From an uncultured delta proteobacterium (GTDB taxonomy: Bacteria; Desulfobacterota; RBG-13-43-22): a stretch of DNA of 64,000 nucleotides. Below the pieces are notes generated by a model. That model had not been told where the DNA came from, made no database searches, and was given only the letters and a program-made list of their open reading frames with translations. The stretch lies in contig CAVQFQ010000006.1 in assembly GCA_963711835.1 (NCBI GenBank), positions 64,001 through 128,000 of the forward strand, in the 5' to 3' direction. Made by a program: the position numbers and the translations under genes. The first letter of the stretch is position 1; each line of letters opens with the position of its first letter. This document shows, piece by piece, positions 28,169 through 37,361 of the stretch.

Positions 28169-28237
28169 TCCCAAGAGTCGCTCTAATCCGGCGGCAGGCA
28201 TTTTTGGTAGCCGACCTATTACGCCGTGCCCCCTATT

Positions 28238-28503
28238 TACCTAACAGTTGCATAAAAATTGGGCTGAAAACATGTTTAAGCCAATAACCATCAGGGTTAC
28301 AAGGGAATTTTAGAGTGGTCACAGGAATTCTCCCCAGGTGAAGTTTAACCATATTAAAAAAACCGCCCAATTTTTACCCTGCGGGAAAGCTGATGATGCC
28401 GTCCCGCCGTGGCGGGATTGTCAAGGGCTCGCGGTACCTTCGTGCCGCGTCGCCCTTGACGCCTCGGATCTACAGCATCCTTAGCTTTTGCAACGTTTAG
28501 GTT
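28238..28503. mobile_element. MITE-like family A, diverged full copy
   Basis: Terminal IRs TACCTAACAGTTGCATAA / TTTTGCAACGTTTAGGTT; same internal layout as 26807-27071. Confidence 0.72.
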
Positions 28504-28533
28504 TACTTATCTATTATTTAAGAAACAGCATCC

Positions 28534-29538
28534 ATGCCTTTTTTTCACCATCTGGCCATTGACCTGGGAACCACGTACTCGGTGGTTTATCTGATGGACG
28601 AGGATCGGTTTTTCCAGGAGCCTACCTTCGCCGCCCTGAAGAACCGGCAAAGGATCCCTCTGGCCATTGGGATGGAAGCCAAAAAGATGGCCGGATACGC
28701 TCCTCATCATATCCGGGTCATTCAACCTTTGCGGGATGGGGTCATCTCCGACTTCGAAGTCTGCAGTGCCTTCCTGCAGATTCTCATTAAAAAGGCCCTG
28801 GACCATAGCCGGGGAATCATCCGGAACGTCCTTTTTTGTCTGCCCTGGGGAGCTACCGATGTCGAGGTCCGGGCCTATCGAAAGCAACTGGAGCTCTTCC
28901 CCTTTTCAAGAATTTTTTTAGTTCGGGAGCCTTTTGCCGCCGCCCTGGGGGCCGATATCCCCATAGAGACCCCCAATGGAAATTTGGTGGTTGACTTGGG
29001 GGGGGGGACCACTGAAATCACCACCCTGACCTTGAACGGCATCGTCAAATGCATCTCCCTCAAGGTCGGCGGCAACGCCATGGACCAGGCTATTCAGCAG
29101 GAGATCGAACTCCGGCATCAATTTTCAATCGGCTTGACCACCTCGGAAAAAATAAAAATACTTCATGGCACGGTGGCCCCGGTCCTGGAGGATTACCTGT
29201 TCGAGATCAAGGGCTTTCACCGCTTTTACCGGCTGCCACGGCAAACCCTGCTGGATACGGCTTATATCCGGAGGGCCCTGGAGCCGATCGTTCAAAAAAT
29301 TCTTCAAGGGATCGGCACGATTTTCGAATCCTTGACCCCGGAACTGGCCGCCGATATTTTTACCAACGGCGTAACGCTGGTCGGGGGAGGGGCTTTTTTG
29401 CGGGGCTGGTCGGAACGGATCGCCAAGCGTTTCGGGCTTCCGGTTCGTATCCCTAAGGAACCCCACTACTGCGTGATCAAAGGGATGAAAAAGATCCTCA
29501 CCAACCTGAGAAAATATCGACCTCTTCTGGAAGAATAA
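28534..29538 (+). CDS. Divergent MreB/Mbl actin-like ATPase paralogue
   Basis: AIDLGT, PLRDGVISDF, EPFAAALGA, VVDLGGGTTEI, VGGNAMD, TPELAADI..G.TLVGGGA. Confidence 0.88.
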   Translation: MPFFHHLAIDLGTTYSVVYLMDEDRFFQEPTFAALKNRQRIPLAIGMEAKKMAGYAPHHIRVIQPLRDGVISDFEVCSAFLQILIKKALDHSRGIIRNVLFCLPWGATDVEVRAYRKQLELFPFSRIFLVREPFAAALGADIPIETPNGNLVVDLGGGTTEITTLTLNGIVKCISLKVGGNAMDQAIQQEIELRHQFSIGLTTSEKIKILHGTVAPVLEDYLFEIKGFHRFYRLPRQTLLDTAYIRRALEPIVQKILQGIGTIFESLTPELAADIFTNGVTLVGGGAFLRGWSERIAKRFGLPVRIPKEPHYCVIKGMKKILTNLRKYRPLLEE

Positions 29539-29604
29539 GAGACGGCCAAGGCCGGCAGGCCTGAGGTCGGAGCCGAGAAAAATATTTCCTTCGGATAAAA
29601 CCCA

Positions 29605-30777
29605 GTGGCTACACCCAGAGCAGTATTGACCCCAAAAGGGGAAAGATGGTTTCGAACCGGTCATCCCTGGGTCTTCCGGGACGACTTGGCCAGGCTGGAC
29701 CAGGTCGAAAATGGGGATATCACCGCCCTCACTGATCACCGGGATCATTTTCTGGCCTGGGCCTTTTACAGCCGGCCGTCGCGGATTGCCTTTCGAATTA
29801 TCAGCCGCCTGCCTGAGGAGATAGGAGAAACGTATTGGATGGGGGCACTTGAAAAAGCCATCCAAAAAAGAGAGGGGCTTCTTCAACCCGATCAGGCCTG
29901 CCGTCTTGTTTTCGCCGAGGCCGACAGCTTCCCGGGACTGATAGCCGATTGGTATGCCGGTCATCTGGTTTTACAAACCCTGATACCGGGAACAGAGAAA
30001 CTCCTCGGGAGGTTGGAAGGATTCTTTCAAAAAATCCTGAATCCTTTTTCCATACTCCTTAGAAATGATCTTGAAGTCCGGGGCCTGGAAAACCTCCCCA
30101 GGGAGGTCAGGACCATCGCCGGTCAGATTCCGGAGCGGGTTTTAGTCCGGGAAGGGGAGATTCACTATGGAGTGGACCTCCGGCGAGGCCATAAAACCGG
30201 GGCCTATCTGGATCAACGGGACAACCGGGTTCATCTGGGATCCCTATTTGAACCCGGTGGAAGGGTCCTGGACGGCTTTTGTTTCAGCGGGGGATTCTCT
30301 CTGCACCTGGCCCGGGGAGCAGCAGAGGTCATGGCCGTTGATGATTCCGCCCCGGCCCTGGACCTGGCCCGACAAAATGCCGAAGCCAACAGCCTGCCCA
30401 ATATAACCTTTCATAAAGAAAATCTTTTTAATTTTCTAAAAAAAATGGCTGAAGCAGGGGAGCGCTTTGATCTGATTATCCTGGATCCACCCCCTTTTGC
30501 CCGAAAAAAATCGGAGATAGCCGGTGCCCTGCGGGGCTACCTGGAATTAAACCGCCGGGCCTTGCTGGCTCTGAAACCGAGGGGAAGGCTCAGCACCTAT
30601 TCCTGTTCTCATAACATAACCGAACCGCTCTTCCAGGACATCCTGTCCCAGGCTGCGCAGAAGGCCGGGGTGAAAACTTTCCTCCTTGAAAAACGGCTCC
30701 AGGCCAGGGACCATCCCATTTTATTAAATTTCCCGGAAAGCCATTACTTGAAAGGATTAACCTTGCAGCGGGAATAG
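29605..30777 (+). CDS. RlmI-like class I SAM rRNA methyltransferase
   Basis: PUA domain GHPWVF, EADSFPGLIAD, GHKTGAYLDQRDNR, FDLIILDPPPF, SCS, YLKG. Confidence 0.9.
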   Translation: MATPRAVLTPKGERWFRTGHPWVFRDDLARLDQVENGDITALTDHRDHFLAWAFYSRPSRIAFRIISRLPEEIGETYWMGALEKAIQKREGLLQPDQACRLVFAEADSFPGLIADWYAGHLVLQTLIPGTEKLLGRLEGFFQKILNPFSILLRNDLEVRGLENLPREVRTIAGQIPERVLVREGEIHYGVDLRRGHKTGAYLDQRDNRVHLGSLFEPGGRVLDGFCFSGGFSLHLARGAAEVMAVDDSAPALDLARQNAEANSLPNITFHKENLFNFLKKMAEAGERFDLIILDPPPFARKKSEIAGALRGYLELNRRALLALKPRGRLSTYSCSHNITEPLFQDILSQAAQKAGVKTFLLEKRLQARDHPILLNFPESHYLKGLTLQRE

Positions 30778-30913
30778 GGGGAAAAGAGGGGAGCGCCTTG
30801 ACAACCGAATTTCTCCTTGCTATAAAAAATCAGGGGAGAGGCCAGTAACAACCTCGTGATCTGCGGTAGGCCGTTTGGAACGGTTCACTCCAAAAAATCC
30901 AGGAGGACCAGGC

Positions 30914-31363
30914 ATGAAAGAATTCAAAAAGATACTTTATCCCATTGATTTTTCGGAATCTTCGAAAAAGATTTTTCCTTACGTCATGACCTTCTCCAAA
31001 ACCTTCGGGAGCACCGTCCACCTTTTGTATGTGGTCAGGGACCTGAAATATCTGACCGGCTTTCATGTGCCCCATCCCTCTTTGGATAAATTGGAGGCGG
31101 AAATTACTTCCAGTTCGGAAAAGATGATGGAGAAGGTCTGTAAGGAAGATCTTCAGGGCTGCCCTTTTTTCGTCAAGAAAATTGTCGTCGGCGATGCCGC
31201 CAATGAAATTATTGCCTATGCCCAGGAGGAGAAGATCGATTTGATTATCCTGGGGACTCACGGGCGAAAAGGATTGGAAAAGGCCCTCTTCGGCAGCGTG
31301 GCCGACCGGGTGGTGAAGAACTCCCCGGTCCCGGTGCTGACCATCAACCCCTATAAAGTGTAA
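30914..31363 (+). CDS. Universal stress protein
   Basis: KKILYPIDFS, GDAANEII, DLIILGTHGRKG..FGSVADRVV..SPVPVL; ATG 30914 with GGAGG RBS. Confidence 0.93.
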   Translation: MKEFKKILYPIDFSESSKKIFPYVMTFSKTFGSTVHLLYVVRDLKYLTGFHVPHPSLDKLEAEITSSSEKMMEKVCKEDLQGCPFFVKKIVVGDAANEIIAYAQEEKIDLIILGTHGRKGLEKALFGSVADRVVKNSPVPVLTINPYKV

Positions 31364-31365
31364 CC

Positions 31366-31487
31366 GGTTGGTGAAAAACGTCCCGCTCCGGTGTCCCCCT
31401 TATCCCCGGTCGATCCCAGGGACTATGAGGTCGCCTTCATTCCTCGGGCTATGGGGCGCTTTAAGTCCGAACGTTTTTTGATCAACC
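31366..31487. mobile_element. Small MITE-like element (~120 bp)
   Basis: Terminal IRs GGTTGGTGAAAAACGT / ACGTTTTTTGATCAACC around a GC-rich core; single copy in the window. Confidence 0.5.
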
Positions 31488-31536
31488 CCTGAAAAGGCGA
31501 TATTAAAAATACGCTAATGGAATCTTGAGAGGCAGC

Positions 31537-32187
31537 ATGACCAGCCAGACCCTTGCTTATTCGCGGCCCTCATTGAGGACCGCCGCTTACCTCGATTTTA
31601 TCCAGATGTTGACCGGGGTAGGATTGATTCTATTCATCTATGGCCATTCGATCCTTATGGCCAGCATCGACCTGGGACCTGAGACCATGAACCGTATGGC
31701 CAAGTTTTTGGAAGACAGCTATATGGCTCAAGTGGGCGGCCCGCTGATCGCGATCATCTTCCTGGTGCACTTCGTCCTGGCGGCCCGAAAAATTCCCTTC
31801 CGCAGTCAGGAGCAGCGGATCATGCTGGATCACAGCCGGCTGCTCCACCATCTGGACACCTGGCTCTGGGTCATCCAGGCCGGAACGGCCATGATCATCC
31901 TGATCATGGGTTCCATCCATATCTGGACCGTCCTGACCTCACTGCCGATTTCTGCGGCCAAGAGCGCCGCCCGTATCCAGGGCGGATCCTGGCTGATCTT
32001 TTATATCATCCTGAACCCAATGATTCAACTGCATGTAGGCATAGGGCTCTACCGGATCGGTGTGAAATGGGGTGTCGTCACCCGTTCCAACCGACCCTTT
32101 TACAAACTTTTCGTAACTATTCTGACCCTGATCTTTATTATCCTCGGGGCCTTCACCCTGGTTTCATTTTACACATTAATTCTATGA
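31537..32187 (+). CDS. frdC: Fumarate reductase/succinate dehydrogenase cytochrome b subunit (Wolinella type)
   Basis: QMLTG..H, HFVLAARKIP, HLDTWLW..QAGT, HVGIGLYRIGVKWG; five TMs. Confidence 0.9.
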   Translation: MTSQTLAYSRPSLRTAAYLDFIQMLTGVGLILFIYGHSILMASIDLGPETMNRMAKFLEDSYMAQVGGPLIAIIFLVHFVLAARKIPFRSQEQRIMLDHSRLLHHLDTWLWVIQAGTAMIILIMGSIHIWTVLTSLPISAAKSAARIQGGSWLIFYIILNPMIQLHVGIGLYRIGVKWGVVTRSNRPFYKLFVTILTLIFIILGAFTLVSFYTLIL

Positions 32188-32197
32188 GGTTCTGAAA

Positions 32198-34078
32198 TTG
32201 GATACCTTCTACACCGATTTATTATGTATAGGGGCCGGCCTGGCCGGGGAACGGGTAGCCGTGGAAGCGGCCTCCCGGGGATTCAAAACCATCTGCCTGA
32301 GCATCGTCCCTCCCCGCCGTTCCCATTCCGCGGCCGCCCAGGGGGGCATGCAGGCCTCTTTAGGGAGTTGCTGCATGGGAGACGGGGATTGCCCGGATAT
32401 CCACTTTTCCGATACGGTCAAGGGGTCCGACTGGGGCTGTGATCAGGAAGTGGCCCGCCTCTTTGTTGAAACCGCACCAATCGCCGTTCGGGAAATGGCG
32501 CACTGGGGCATACCCTGGAACCGGGTCGTGGCCGGCAAGAGCACCTACTTCAAGGCCGGCCAGCAGTATGAAAAGATCGAATCCCAGGAAAGGGAGGGGC
32601 TGATTACCGCCCGGGATTTCGGCGGTACGGCCAAGTGGCGGACCTGTTATACCTCGGACGGCACAGGCCATACCCTGCTCTTTACCATGGACAATGTCGT
32701 GGTGCAGCTTGGGGTAACGGTTCATGATCGCGTCGAAGCCATCTCCTTGATTCACGACGGTCTTACCTGCATGGGTGCCGTGGCCCGCTGTCTAAAGACC
32801 GGCCGGCTCCGGGTTTATCTGGCCAAGGCCACCCTGATTGCAACGGGCGGCTATGGGCGCCTCTACCGGGAAACGACCAATGCCGTCATCAACGACGGCA
32901 GCGGGGCAATCATCGCCTTGGATACGGGCATCGTTCCCTTGGGAAATATGGAGGCGGTTCAGTTTCACCCGACCGGCATTGTCCCGACCAACATTCTGGT
33001 GACCGAAGGGTGCCGCGGTGACGGCGGGACCTTAAAGGATGTGAATGAAGAACGATTCATGGATATCTATGAACCGGCCAAACAGGAGCTGGCTTCCCGG
33101 GACGTGGTTTCCCGTTGGATGACTCACCACATCCGGCTGGGCAAAGGGGTGAAGGGTGATTACGGTGACCACCTCTGGCTGGATATCCGACATTTGGGGG
33201 CCCAGCATATCAAAACCAAACTCCGGGAAGTGGATGAAATTTGTAATAAATTCTTGGGCATCGATCCCGTCACCCAGATGATCCCGGTGCGGCCGACCCA
33301 GCATTACAGCATGGGCGGGGTGCGAACCAATAAGGACGGGGCTGCCTATGGACTAAAGGGCCTGTTCGCTGCCGGGGAGGCGGCCTGCTGGGATATGCAC
33401 GGCTTCAACCGCCTGGGTGGAAATTCCCTGGCTGAAACCATCGTGGCCGGGAAGATCATTGGAGAAAAGGTGGCTGATTTCCTGGAAGGCTATGAGGTCC
33501 GGTTCAAGACCGACTCGATCCGCTTGGCCCTGAACCAAGATGAGGAAAGAATTGAAAGCCTCATCCAGGGCAAAAAAGGCAAAGAAAACGTCTATGTCCT
33601 GAAGAGTGCCATGCAGGATGAGTTGATGGAGAGGGTGGCGATCTTTCGGAACGGCCCGGATTTGCAGCAGGCCGTGGAAAACCTGCAGTCCCTCTATGAA
33701 CGGGCTCAAAAAATCGGCCTATCATCCGGCGGCCTGGGAGCCAATCCGGAATTAGCCCTGGCCCTTCGGTTTCCAGGCATGATGCGTTTGGCCGTGTGTA
33801 TTGCCTATGGGGCCCTGGTACGGACCGAAAGCCGGGGATGCCATGCCCGGGAGGACTTCCTTGAACGGAATGATCGGGATTGGCTGAAACGAACCCTGGC
33901 CACCTGGAAGGAAGGGGAAAGGCTGCCGACGTTGGACTACGAGGCCAATTCAGCCGTTTGGGAAATCCCGCCGGGTGAAAGGGGCTACGGTACCTGCAAG
34001 ATCATCTGTTCGGAAGACCCGAGTGTTTGCGGGCTGCAAATTACCCCTCCGGAACCGGAGACGATCTTTAATGAGTAA
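32198..34078 (+). CDS. frdA: Fumarate reductase flavoprotein subunit
   Basis: IGAGLAG, RSHSAAAQGG, QFHPTG, TEGCRGDGG, ELASRD, HYSMGG, HGFNRLGGNSL, ESRGCH. Confidence 0.95.
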   Translation: MDTFYTDLLCIGAGLAGERVAVEAASRGFKTICLSIVPPRRSHSAAAQGGMQASLGSCCMGDGDCPDIHFSDTVKGSDWGCDQEVARLFVETAPIAVREMAHWGIPWNRVVAGKSTYFKAGQQYEKIESQEREGLITARDFGGTAKWRTCYTSDGTGHTLLFTMDNVVVQLGVTVHDRVEAISLIHDGLTCMGAVARCLKTGRLRVYLAKATLIATGGYGRLYRETTNAVINDGSGAIIALDTGIVPLGNMEAVQFHPTGIVPTNILVTEGCRGDGGTLKDVNEERFMDIYEPAKQELASRDVVSRWMTHHIRLGKGVKGDYGDHLWLDIRHLGAQHIKTKLREVDEICNKFLGIDPVTQMIPVRPTQHYSMGGVRTNKDGAAYGLKGLFAAGEAACWDMHGFNRLGGNSLAETIVAGKIIGEKVADFLEGYEVRFKTDSIRLALNQDEERIESLIQGKKGKENVYVLKSAMQDELMERVAIFRNGPDLQQAVENLQSLYERAQKIGLSSGGLGANPELALALRFPGMMRLAVCIAYGALVRTESRGCHAREDFLERNDRDWLKRTLATWKEGERLPTLDYEANSAVWEIPPGERGYGTCKIICSEDPSVCGLQITPPEPETIFNE

Positions 34079-34109
34079 AGCTCATAGCTCATAGCTGATA
34101 GCTCATAGC
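34079..34109. repeat. Heptamer tandem repeat (AGCTCAT)n
   Basis: AGCTCAT AGCTCAT AGCTGAT AGCTCAT AGC between frdA and frdB. Confidence 0.8.
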
Positions 34110-34134
34110 CCACAGTTGAAAAAAGGATCGCATA

Positions 34135-34878
34135 ATGGGAAGACAATTGACCTTTCATATCTTTCGCTACAACCCGGAAGATCCTAACTCCCAACCCCAT
34201 ATGGATGACTTCCGTTTGGAAGAAACCGACAGCATGACGCTGTTCATTGCCCTGAATCGTATCCGTGAAGAACAGGATCCTACCCTGCAATTCGATTTTT
34301 GCTGCCGGGCCGGCATTTGCGGCTCCTGCGCCATGGTGATCAACGGCCGTCCGGACCTGGCCTGCCATACCAAAACCAAGGACCTGCCTGACGAGATTAC
34401 TTTGCTCCCCTTGCCGGTTTTTAAGTTGGTGGGCGATTTGTCGGTGGATACGGGCTCATGGTTCAGGACAATGAATGAAAAGGTGGAGTCCTGGATTCAC
34501 ACGGACAAGACCTTTGACCCCCAGTCCTTGGAAGAACGTATGGTCAATGCCCTGGCGGAAGAAATCTATGAATTGGAACGTTGTATCGAATGCGGCTGCT
34601 GTGTGGCTGCCTGCGGCACGGCCAACATGCGACCCGATTTTGTGGGCGCCGTAGCCTTAAACCGGATTGCCCGCTTTATGATGGATCCCCGGGATCAACG
34701 GACCGAAAAAGAATATTTCGAAGTGGTCGGGACCGATGAAGGTATCTTCGGCTGTATGGGCCTGCTGGGATGCGAGGACGTCTGTCCGAAAAACATTCCC
34801 TTGCAAGACCAATTGGGCTTACTCAGACGACGGATGGGCTGGGGAGCCATCAAACATCTCTTCAAAAGAAAGGCCTAA
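34135..34878 (+). CDS. frdB: Fumarate reductase iron-sulfur subunit
   Basis: CRAGICGSC..LAC, CIECGCCVAAC, CMGLLGCEDVCPK. Confidence 0.95.
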   Translation: MGRQLTFHIFRYNPEDPNSQPHMDDFRLEETDSMTLFIALNRIREEQDPTLQFDFCCRAGICGSCAMVINGRPDLACHTKTKDLPDEITLLPLPVFKLVGDLSVDTGSWFRTMNEKVESWIHTDKTFDPQSLEERMVNALAEEIYELERCIECGCCVAACGTANMRPDFVGAVALNRIARFMMDPRDQRTEKEYFEVVGTDEGIFGCMGLLGCEDVCPKNIPLQDQLGLLRRRMGWGAIKHLFKRKA

Positions 34879-34890
34879 AGGCAGGCGCAC

Positions 34891-34964
34891 GGTTTAAGGT
34901 GTAAGGCGAAAGGTAAAAAATTTTGACGGAATCAATAGGTTTCTTAACCCTTGCACCTTAAACC
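34891..34964. repeat. Inverted heptamer-type repeat between convergent frdB and nitroreductase
   Basis: GGTTTAAGGTGTAAGG / CCTTGCACCTTAAACC. Confidence 0.6.
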
Positions 34965-34976
34965 TTAGACCTTTCT

Positions 34977-35519
34977 TTAGAATTTATCGTAATGGGTAAA
35001 CTCGCCGATCTCCTTACGTTTCGGGGCGGCTGAAATCTTGGCCGGATAGCCTAAGGGCAGCATGGCCACCAGTTCATATCCTTCCGGTACCCCGAGGACC
35101 GCCTTGGCCTGATTGTGATCGAAGAGCCCGACCACCACGGTTCCCAGGCCTAAAGCGTGGGCCGTCAGGCAGAGGCTTTGGGTGGCCAAACCCAGATCGA
35201 AGAGAAACCAGTCTCCGAATTTAGTGGTGACCTGCCCGTTGTAATAGCCGGAGCTCTGCAGTTTGCCGCAGACGACCAGAACGACGGGGGCCCCGAGCAT
35301 GGCCTTGTTAGCCGGGTTGGTAGGCGTCAGGGTGGCCTTAAGTTTCTCCTTGGTCTCCTGGTCTTTAACGACTACGACTTCCCAGCATTGGGTGTTGGCC
35401 CAGGAAGGGGACCAGCGAACAGCTTCCAATATTTGGTTTAGGATTTCAGGAGGAACTTCTTTATCCTGATAATTTCGGATACTGCGTCTTCCCTGAATTG
35501 TTTCCATAAGCTCAACCAT
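34977..35519 (-). CDS. Nitroreductase family protein
   Basis: RRSIRNY, SPSWANTQCW, DLGLATQSLCLTAHALGLGT, PLGYP. Confidence 0.92.
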   Translation of the reverse strand: MVELMETIQGRRSIRNYQDKEVPPEILNQILEAVRWSPSWANTQCWEVVVVKDQETKEKLKATLTPTNPANKAMLGAPVVLVVCGKLQSSGYYNGQVTTKFGDWFLFDLGLATQSLCLTAHALGLGTVVVGLFDHNQAKAVLGVPEGYELVAMLPLGYPAKISAAPKRKEIGEFTHYDKF

Positions 35520-35601
35520 TTATTATACCCCCTTTACCAATGTGATAGGTTTAAATTTTATAGTCAATTGACTCCGGTGTGTCAACCTGATAAAGTCACC
35601 T

Positions 35602-36084
35602 ATGATGAAACACAGCGATTTAATCCCTCTGGCCCTTCCCATCGAACCAAGTCAACTGGTATCTTTCTACCCCCTTCTTCAAGAGGGGGTTCTGATTAAG
35701 ACCTGGGTGGGCTGGAGTATCCAAACCTTCCTGGAAAAGGGACTGGACTTGTCTCCGGAATTTATAAAAGATAACGTTAAGACCGTCTTCTTGGACGGCA
35801 AGGCTGTGGACGATTTCACTGCGGCCCGGATTAGGGATGGTTCGGTCCTTTCTCTCTCAGGGGCCTTGCCCGGATTGGTGGGGGCTACCCTGCGGGCCGG
35901 TGGTTTTTTTGCCGGCTTGCGAAGCCAGATCACCTATCGGGAAGAAAGTTCTCCTGTTTCGGGACAAGAGGGAATGATCACCTTAAAGGTATTCAATCTA
36001 CTTCTTAAAGAGCTTGCGCCCTTGATTTTGAAAAAAGGAATTTGGGTCAGAAAGAAAGACCTGGCCGAATACCAAAAGTCCTAA
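35602..36084 (+). CDS. Conserved hypothetical protein (possible beta-grasp core)
   Basis: Own ORF between genes; TVFLDGKAVDD...DGSVLSLSGALPGLVG. Confidence 0.55.
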   Translation: MMKHSDLIPLALPIEPSQLVSFYPLLQEGVLIKTWVGWSIQTFLEKGLDLSPEFIKDNVKTVFLDGKAVDDFTAARIRDGSVLSLSGALPGLVGATLRAGGFFAGLRSQITYREESSPVSGQEGMITLKVFNLLLKELAPLILKKGIWVRKKDLAEYQKS

Positions 36085-36181
36085 AAAGGGAAAAAGCGCT
36101 CCACCCAGGCCATTCCGAACCTGAAGGGCACCTGTGAAAATTAATCAAGAACCAGCTTGATCGGCCATCAGGCAACATTTT

Positions 36182-36290
36182 GGTAACGTTCAATAGGTTT
36201 GGCACTGGCGTATTATTGCACTGACTTGGGGACCCCTGGTTCCTTCCATCGGGTATCAGAAATAGTATGCCTCAACTTTTGAACGTTACC
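36182..36290. mobile_element. MITE-like family C, short 'empty' copy (109 bp)
   Basis: Terminal IRs GGTAACGTTCAA / TTGAACGTTACC; aligns with both arms of 42283-42607. Confidence 0.7.
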
Positions 36291-36312
36291 GACATCATAG
36301 GGAGTTTAGGAC

Positions 36313-37194
36313 ATGGAGATCCCTTTGGAGCAAGACCCGGCAGCAGGGATAGCGGCCCTGATCCGGGATTTTATCGAACATTCCCCTGAAAATAATCTTA
36401 ATACCCTCCGGCCTGAAAAGGCCTTTGACAGTCCCTTAGTCGGTTTTTCACGAGGAGACGATCCTCTCTTTGAAGCCTACAAAGAGCATGTCGGACCTTT
36501 CCATTGGACGCCTTTGGAACTGTTCGATCTGAGCTTCCCCGGCCATGGTTTAGGGCCGGAGGGACTCACGGTCATCAGTTGGATCCTGCCACAAACCAGC
36601 CCTACCAAGGAGGATAACCGCCGGGAGACCCTTTATCCGGCTGAACGCTGGGCCCGGGCGCGCATCTATGGAGAAGAGGTCAATAAAAAACTCCGGAAAC
36701 ACCTGGTTGCCCGGCTGACCGAAAAAGGATTTCTGGCGGTGGCTCCCCTGCTTTCTCCTTCCTGGGGAATAAGGCCGTCGGAACGGTTTGTCTTTTCTTC
36801 CAACTGGTCGGAGCGGCATGCGGCTCATGCCGCCGGGCTGGGTACCTTCGGTCTCTGCGATGGTCTGATCACCCCCCGAGGCAAGGCCATGCGAACCGGA
36901 TCGGTAGTCACGTCTCTTAGAATCCCTCCGACGCCGCGGCCTTATCAGGATCATCAGGCCTATTGCCTCTTTTTCAGCCAGGGTATCTGCGGCAAGTGTA
37001 TCTCCCGCTGTCCGGTGGGGGCCATTACCAAAGAGGGCCACGACAAGAAAAAATGCCTCGCTCATCTGAAACCGGGTACGGCAGATTATGTTAAATCGCA
37101 CTACGGCTTTGACGGCTACGGTTGCGGCTTATGCCAGACCGGCGTCCCTTGTGAATCAAAGATTCCGCTTAAAAAGGATGCCGAGGAGAATTAA
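36313..37194 (+). CDS. Epoxyqueuosine reductase (QueG)-like 4Fe-4S protein
   Basis: SNWSERHAAHAAGLGTFG, G.AMRTGSVVT, CGKCISRCPVGAI, CGLCQTGVPC. Confidence 0.8.
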   Translation: MEIPLEQDPAAGIAALIRDFIEHSPENNLNTLRPEKAFDSPLVGFSRGDDPLFEAYKEHVGPFHWTPLELFDLSFPGHGLGPEGLTVISWILPQTSPTKEDNRRETLYPAERWARARIYGEEVNKKLRKHLVARLTEKGFLAVAPLLSPSWGIRPSERFVFSSNWSERHAAHAAGLGTFGLCDGLITPRGKAMRTGSVVTSLRIPPTPRPYQDHQAYCLFFSQGICGKCISRCPVGAITKEGHDKKKCLAHLKPGTADYVKSHYGFDGYGCGLCQTGVPCESKIPLKKDAEEN

Positions 37195-37361
37195 GAAATT
37201 CCTATCGGAACTTACTCATAATCATAATTACCTGACGGGGCCGCCTTTTCTTCCGTCTGCGGCGGACCCTTTCGCCAATGACTTCAGAAAAAACAGCCCC
37301 ATCCACCCTGGTAATGTCAGCACTATTATGAGAAGATTAATGAAGAAGTCGGGGCCGTTTT

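Noticed and set aside
26807-28503. dnaJ as cargo of a composite transposon between two family A copies
   Set aside because: The two copies are well diverged, no shared target duplication was seen, and other copies are scattered, so independent insertions are more likely.
34079-34109. Tandem repeat as a CRISPR array or contingency locus
   Set aside because: Four heptamers with no spacers, intergenic, and no cas genes in the window.
36200-36220. Sigma-54 promoter TGGCAC...TTGCA
   Set aside because: Spacing does not fit -24/-12 and the sequence lies inside the family C repeat arm.
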